A stretch of DNA of 64,000 nucleotides, from assembly GCF_018143015.1 (NCBI RefSeq), contig NC_054742.1, forward strand, positions 58,348,853-58,412,852, in the 5' to 3' direction. Shown in pieces: positions 60,220 through 64,000 of the stretch (positions are counted from its first letter, which is position 1; each line of letters opens with the position of its first letter). The translations under genes were made by a program, and so were the position numbers. This DNA comes from Lytechinus variegatus. Lineage: Eukaryota. The notes beneath the pieces are model-generated. The model was not told the origin of the DNA. It did no database searches and saw only the letters and a program-made list of their open reading frames with translations.

Positions 60220-62515
60220 GCGGTTTGCCTGGCGATAAATAAAGACAGAAAATAGCTAACGATTCTTTAATAAGAAAAACAAAAGTTTGAGTATTATAAT
60301 CCCGGGCCCGTCCTCTTTAAACGAAAATGTCGACCAGAATGAGCTTATACCAACACAGTCGGAACTGAAATACCATACCTGTCTCTCAATGTTATGACCA
60401 CGTGATCACTACGTTATCTGAAGACGGAAAATACAGAGTAAAAAGTTTTCTTTGAATAGCTGTCAAAATGTGCCAATATCCTGGTCGGATATCACTTCAA
60501 TCAAATAACAATGTCGGCTATTTGGTGCTTCCTGGCGATGTGTTCTGTTTAACACAAGGGAATTTACACATTTAATAGACAGAAAAATTGCGATTTCCTT
60601 TAAAAAACTTTATATGAGGAACTTCTGGAATAATTTTCTCACGCATGGTTTACCGACAACTTTTGTTCGGACCAAATATGTTTACAAAAGAACACAGACC
60701 CCTTGAAAGAAGTGTCCTGTGTTCTTTTCTCGGTAATGCAACAGTCACACCTACGACACCGACTCTGAACTGACCGATTGTGTGTCTTTGGAAATAAGGT
60801 ACAATATTAATTGATCGATCTGGGGAGCGTTTCATGAAAGGACTTGTCGGACGTTTTATCCGACAAGTCCCATTTTCATGATTTTATCCGACAGTTACTA
60901 TAGTAACAGTGCCTCTCAGTCAATCAGAATCAAGGAAAGATGTCAGATCTGACATCTTGTCACACAAAAATGTTGAAACGGTCCCTGGAGTCAAGGTCAT
61001 TGGTGTGCCTGCAGTATAAAGACCCGCAGTTTAGGTGATGATTCCCATTGTTGTAGTATGCTACAGTTAGCATGGTTAGGTACGTTTGCGGGCCTCAGTG
61101 GCCCTCTGCACTGATTACCATTGATTTCGTCAAGTGTTGACTGTTGAATGCATACTTTCACACTTATTTAAGTTTAAAGCGATGAATCAAATCAGTTATT
61201 GAAAAATCATAATTTGTTTTATCAAACCGGTCCTCTGGGACATATTGAGTCTGAACAGCCCCTACTTCACAAGGTATGACGTATCCAGGTAACTTTAAAG
61301 ATACAGGGACTTTCCCCATTTTATAGACCTACTCTTTGGACTTCATTGATTGTGTTTATTTTACTGCATGAACTGATTTCTCACACTGTATCTCCGTTGA
61401 GCAAGAAACTACGTTAGATAGTTCCTTATAAAGTTATAGATGAGCCGGTTCGGGAAATATCAGCTGTAAATTATTTTATAATAAATTTGCGTTAATATTT
61501 TATGGGGAGGCGCCAAGATGTTTTGATAGGGGGCAAATTCTTTACGTCCGAACTAGAATGTTAAATTTCTCTCAAAATGAATTATGTGGGTATACAGAGT
61601 TACACGTCCAAGACCTCTCATTTTTATATTTTTCTCCCTTCCGTATTCCTTTCCATCTTTTAAATTTTCTACTCTTTTTTATCACTTGAAAAAGGGGGCA
61701 GCTGCCTCCTCCACATTATGGCTCCGCCACAGCATAAGAAAACTCTATCTCAGCCATGAATTTCCCTAGTAGATTATTTTTTTTATTATTCACTCAATCA
61801 AACGGCGGAATACAACAATTAGGCCTTTAAAAAAAGAGATTGCAAAATCTGTTAAAAATGGCTTGTTCACCAACCGATGTCATATAGTTTTGTCATTTCA
61901 TGATGTCTAATCAGGCCTACATGAAGAACACTGTCCGAACGGAATCGAGTTCAAGTCTGATTCTGCGACGAAAACATGAAGAAGAAGGTGCATTATGGTA
62001 AGAGATCTGGGAAATACAAAGTAAATTTGAGCTCTACAATTTCATATAATTGTTATTACACGTAAAACGAGGCACACATAATAACCATATAGACAGATCC
62101 CTATGGAATTCTCTTTATTCTCCTACTTCATCAGTGGCGCATGGCGTCTTCATTGCCACCTGACAATATCACGTGACAGGCGATTTATGAACCTGCACAA
62201 AGACGTGATGTGTATTATGCGTTAGACGCAGGATATTAATTTCATTCATTCATTCATAAACCCTTCAGCGGCAACTAATCTGATTGGCACGTGAAATTAA
62301 GTTGTCGACAAATAAAACGGTGAACGTCGTGTTCTTGGGCGATCACGTGTTGTTAATATTTTGATAGAGGGGTGCATTATTGAATCACGAATTGAATACG
62401 TACCACCTCCAAGGGGGTCGCATATAGGTAGAAAACTATGATTGTATTAAAAACATAAATGAATTATTAACATTTTGTAGGCATTATAACAATTGGGATC
62501 AAGACTGTTGATAAT

Positions 62516-62710
62516 GCACTCTAAAAATTCGAATGTTAAATCAACATTTGAAAGGTTGGAGGAGTGACAACCTTTTCCAAATGTTACATCCAACCTTGTA
62601 TAAAGCTGAATCAAACATTTTAAGTGTTGGGTAGAACCATTTAAAGTGGTAAATGCAACATCTCCAACCTTTCAAATGTTAAGTTAACATTAGTTGTTTT
62701 TAGAGTGTGT
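62516..62710. mobile_element. MITE of about 195 bp with TIRs of about 45 bp (CACTCTAAAAATTCGAATGTTAAATCAACATTTGAAAGGTTGGAGG).
   Basis: The right end is cctccaacctttcaaatgttaagttaacattagttgtttttagagtg. The central region is also partly self-complementary. Confidence 0.5.
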
Positions 62711-64000
62711 AGGTCTATAATGCAGTATTAATATATATTTTTTCGCGGTCAAGACGCTTTTATAAAATGTTGGCATGGATCCTAATAAAAAGATTGACTA
62801 AAATTATACCCACGTGACCAGTTATTTATTCAAATCGAAAAAATACCAATGACTGGTACTATTGACCGGTCATGGTTATAAGGGATGAAGATGGTTTATA
62901 TCAAATAACGATGATACACATCACTACCTTTTAAAACATATTTCTGCAAATCATTTTGCTCGGGTATTAGCATAAGAAATTGTTTCAAAGGTAAACACAC
63001 TTGTTACCTTAATTGAAACAATCTAAACACCCTCGGCATTTCCTCGTGCGTCATAGACCCGTTCCAAAGGTATCTCGTGCAATAATTCTTATTAACGCCC
63101 TTGACTAGTTCACTCAAATGTTACGTGCACGCGAACGGGGTGACCACCATCCACCTTACGCGTGCATCTTTGTGTCAATAAACCCAGGAATCTTAAATGC
63201 TTATAAGAATGCTGTATCTATGGTGTCAACTAGAGCTCACATGCATCCAACGTGTACTACTTGAGGGGCATGAAGTAGATCAATTTTATGAAATGAGGAA
63301 AGAAAGGGTAGAAAAGAATGCAACTATTCATCATGGGCTCCACGTGATATCTTTAATCATAATTTTGAAATAATTTTATATCGATCGCGAGTGTTAACAT
63401 ATTCTCGACTGAATAATTTTCCAAGAGAATATGAAGAACAAGAAGAAATTAATAAATCTAAGTTTCGGGAATTCACGAGTGAAATACCAAAATAATAGGC
63501 CATTCTTCTTTCCTTTTGACTGAAGATAATTACATCTTATTGAAAAGTAATAATGAAACTTCAGGAACAAAACGCCGAAAATTTAATTAAATTTGATCTG
63601 AAATAACAAAGGTGTTGAATTACAGCAAAATATAAAATTATAGTAAACCGTAGGCATATGCCGGCGTGCATGAATATGCAATAGATTGGCTGATGACATC
63701 ATGCCCCCATTTCCCGATTTTCTTATTTTATTATATGAAATCATAATTATGTGTAAGCAGGAGTCGATTATATTTTACATTATTAGGAGCCGAAAATTGC
63801 ATGAATAATGTTATATGAAATTTCACATTAATGAGGGCATCGCCGAAATAATGCACAAATTAAAATTTTATCAATTTGTTACTTCTCATCCATTTATGAT
63901 GAAATTTGCAGTGTTCTATTTAGATCTGATTTACTTCGGTCTAGAGCTGAAATAGCAAGATGATTACAGGTAAACGTTACATCATGCATTACGCGGGGAA

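Overview
This is eukaryotic nuclear DNA, AT-rich, with GT-AG introns of 1-5 kb and a very high load of non-autonomous transposons, which fits a metazoan (invertebrate-type) genome. There are no prokaryotic features: no operons, CRISPR arrays or rRNA genes. I can reconstruct three protein-coding genes by reading splice junctions and recognising conserved protein motifs. (1) A GPKOW orthologue (G-patch plus two KOW motifs, a spliceosomal protein) lies on the + strand with 10 coding exons from 1849 to 21211. Two of its exons carry apparent single-base frame disruptions. (2) A NIPA-family magnesium transporter (NIPA2-like) lies on the + strand with 5 coding exons from 30364 to 37119. (3) A MARCH-family RING-CH membrane E3 ubiquitin ligase lies on the - strand with 3 coding exons from 60219 down to 55147. 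The introns and intergenic DNA are packed with MITEs, foldback elements, TIR-bounded elements carrying internal satellite arrays, minisatellites, a mariner-like transposase relic and a tRNA-derived SINE. I found no evidence of a new biological system. The most notable points are the disrupted GPKOW frame, a decayed duplicate of part of a GPKOW exon, and several cleanly delimited mobile elements, including one with an 8-bp target-site duplication. All calls rest on manual translation and motif recognition. I ran no database searches.
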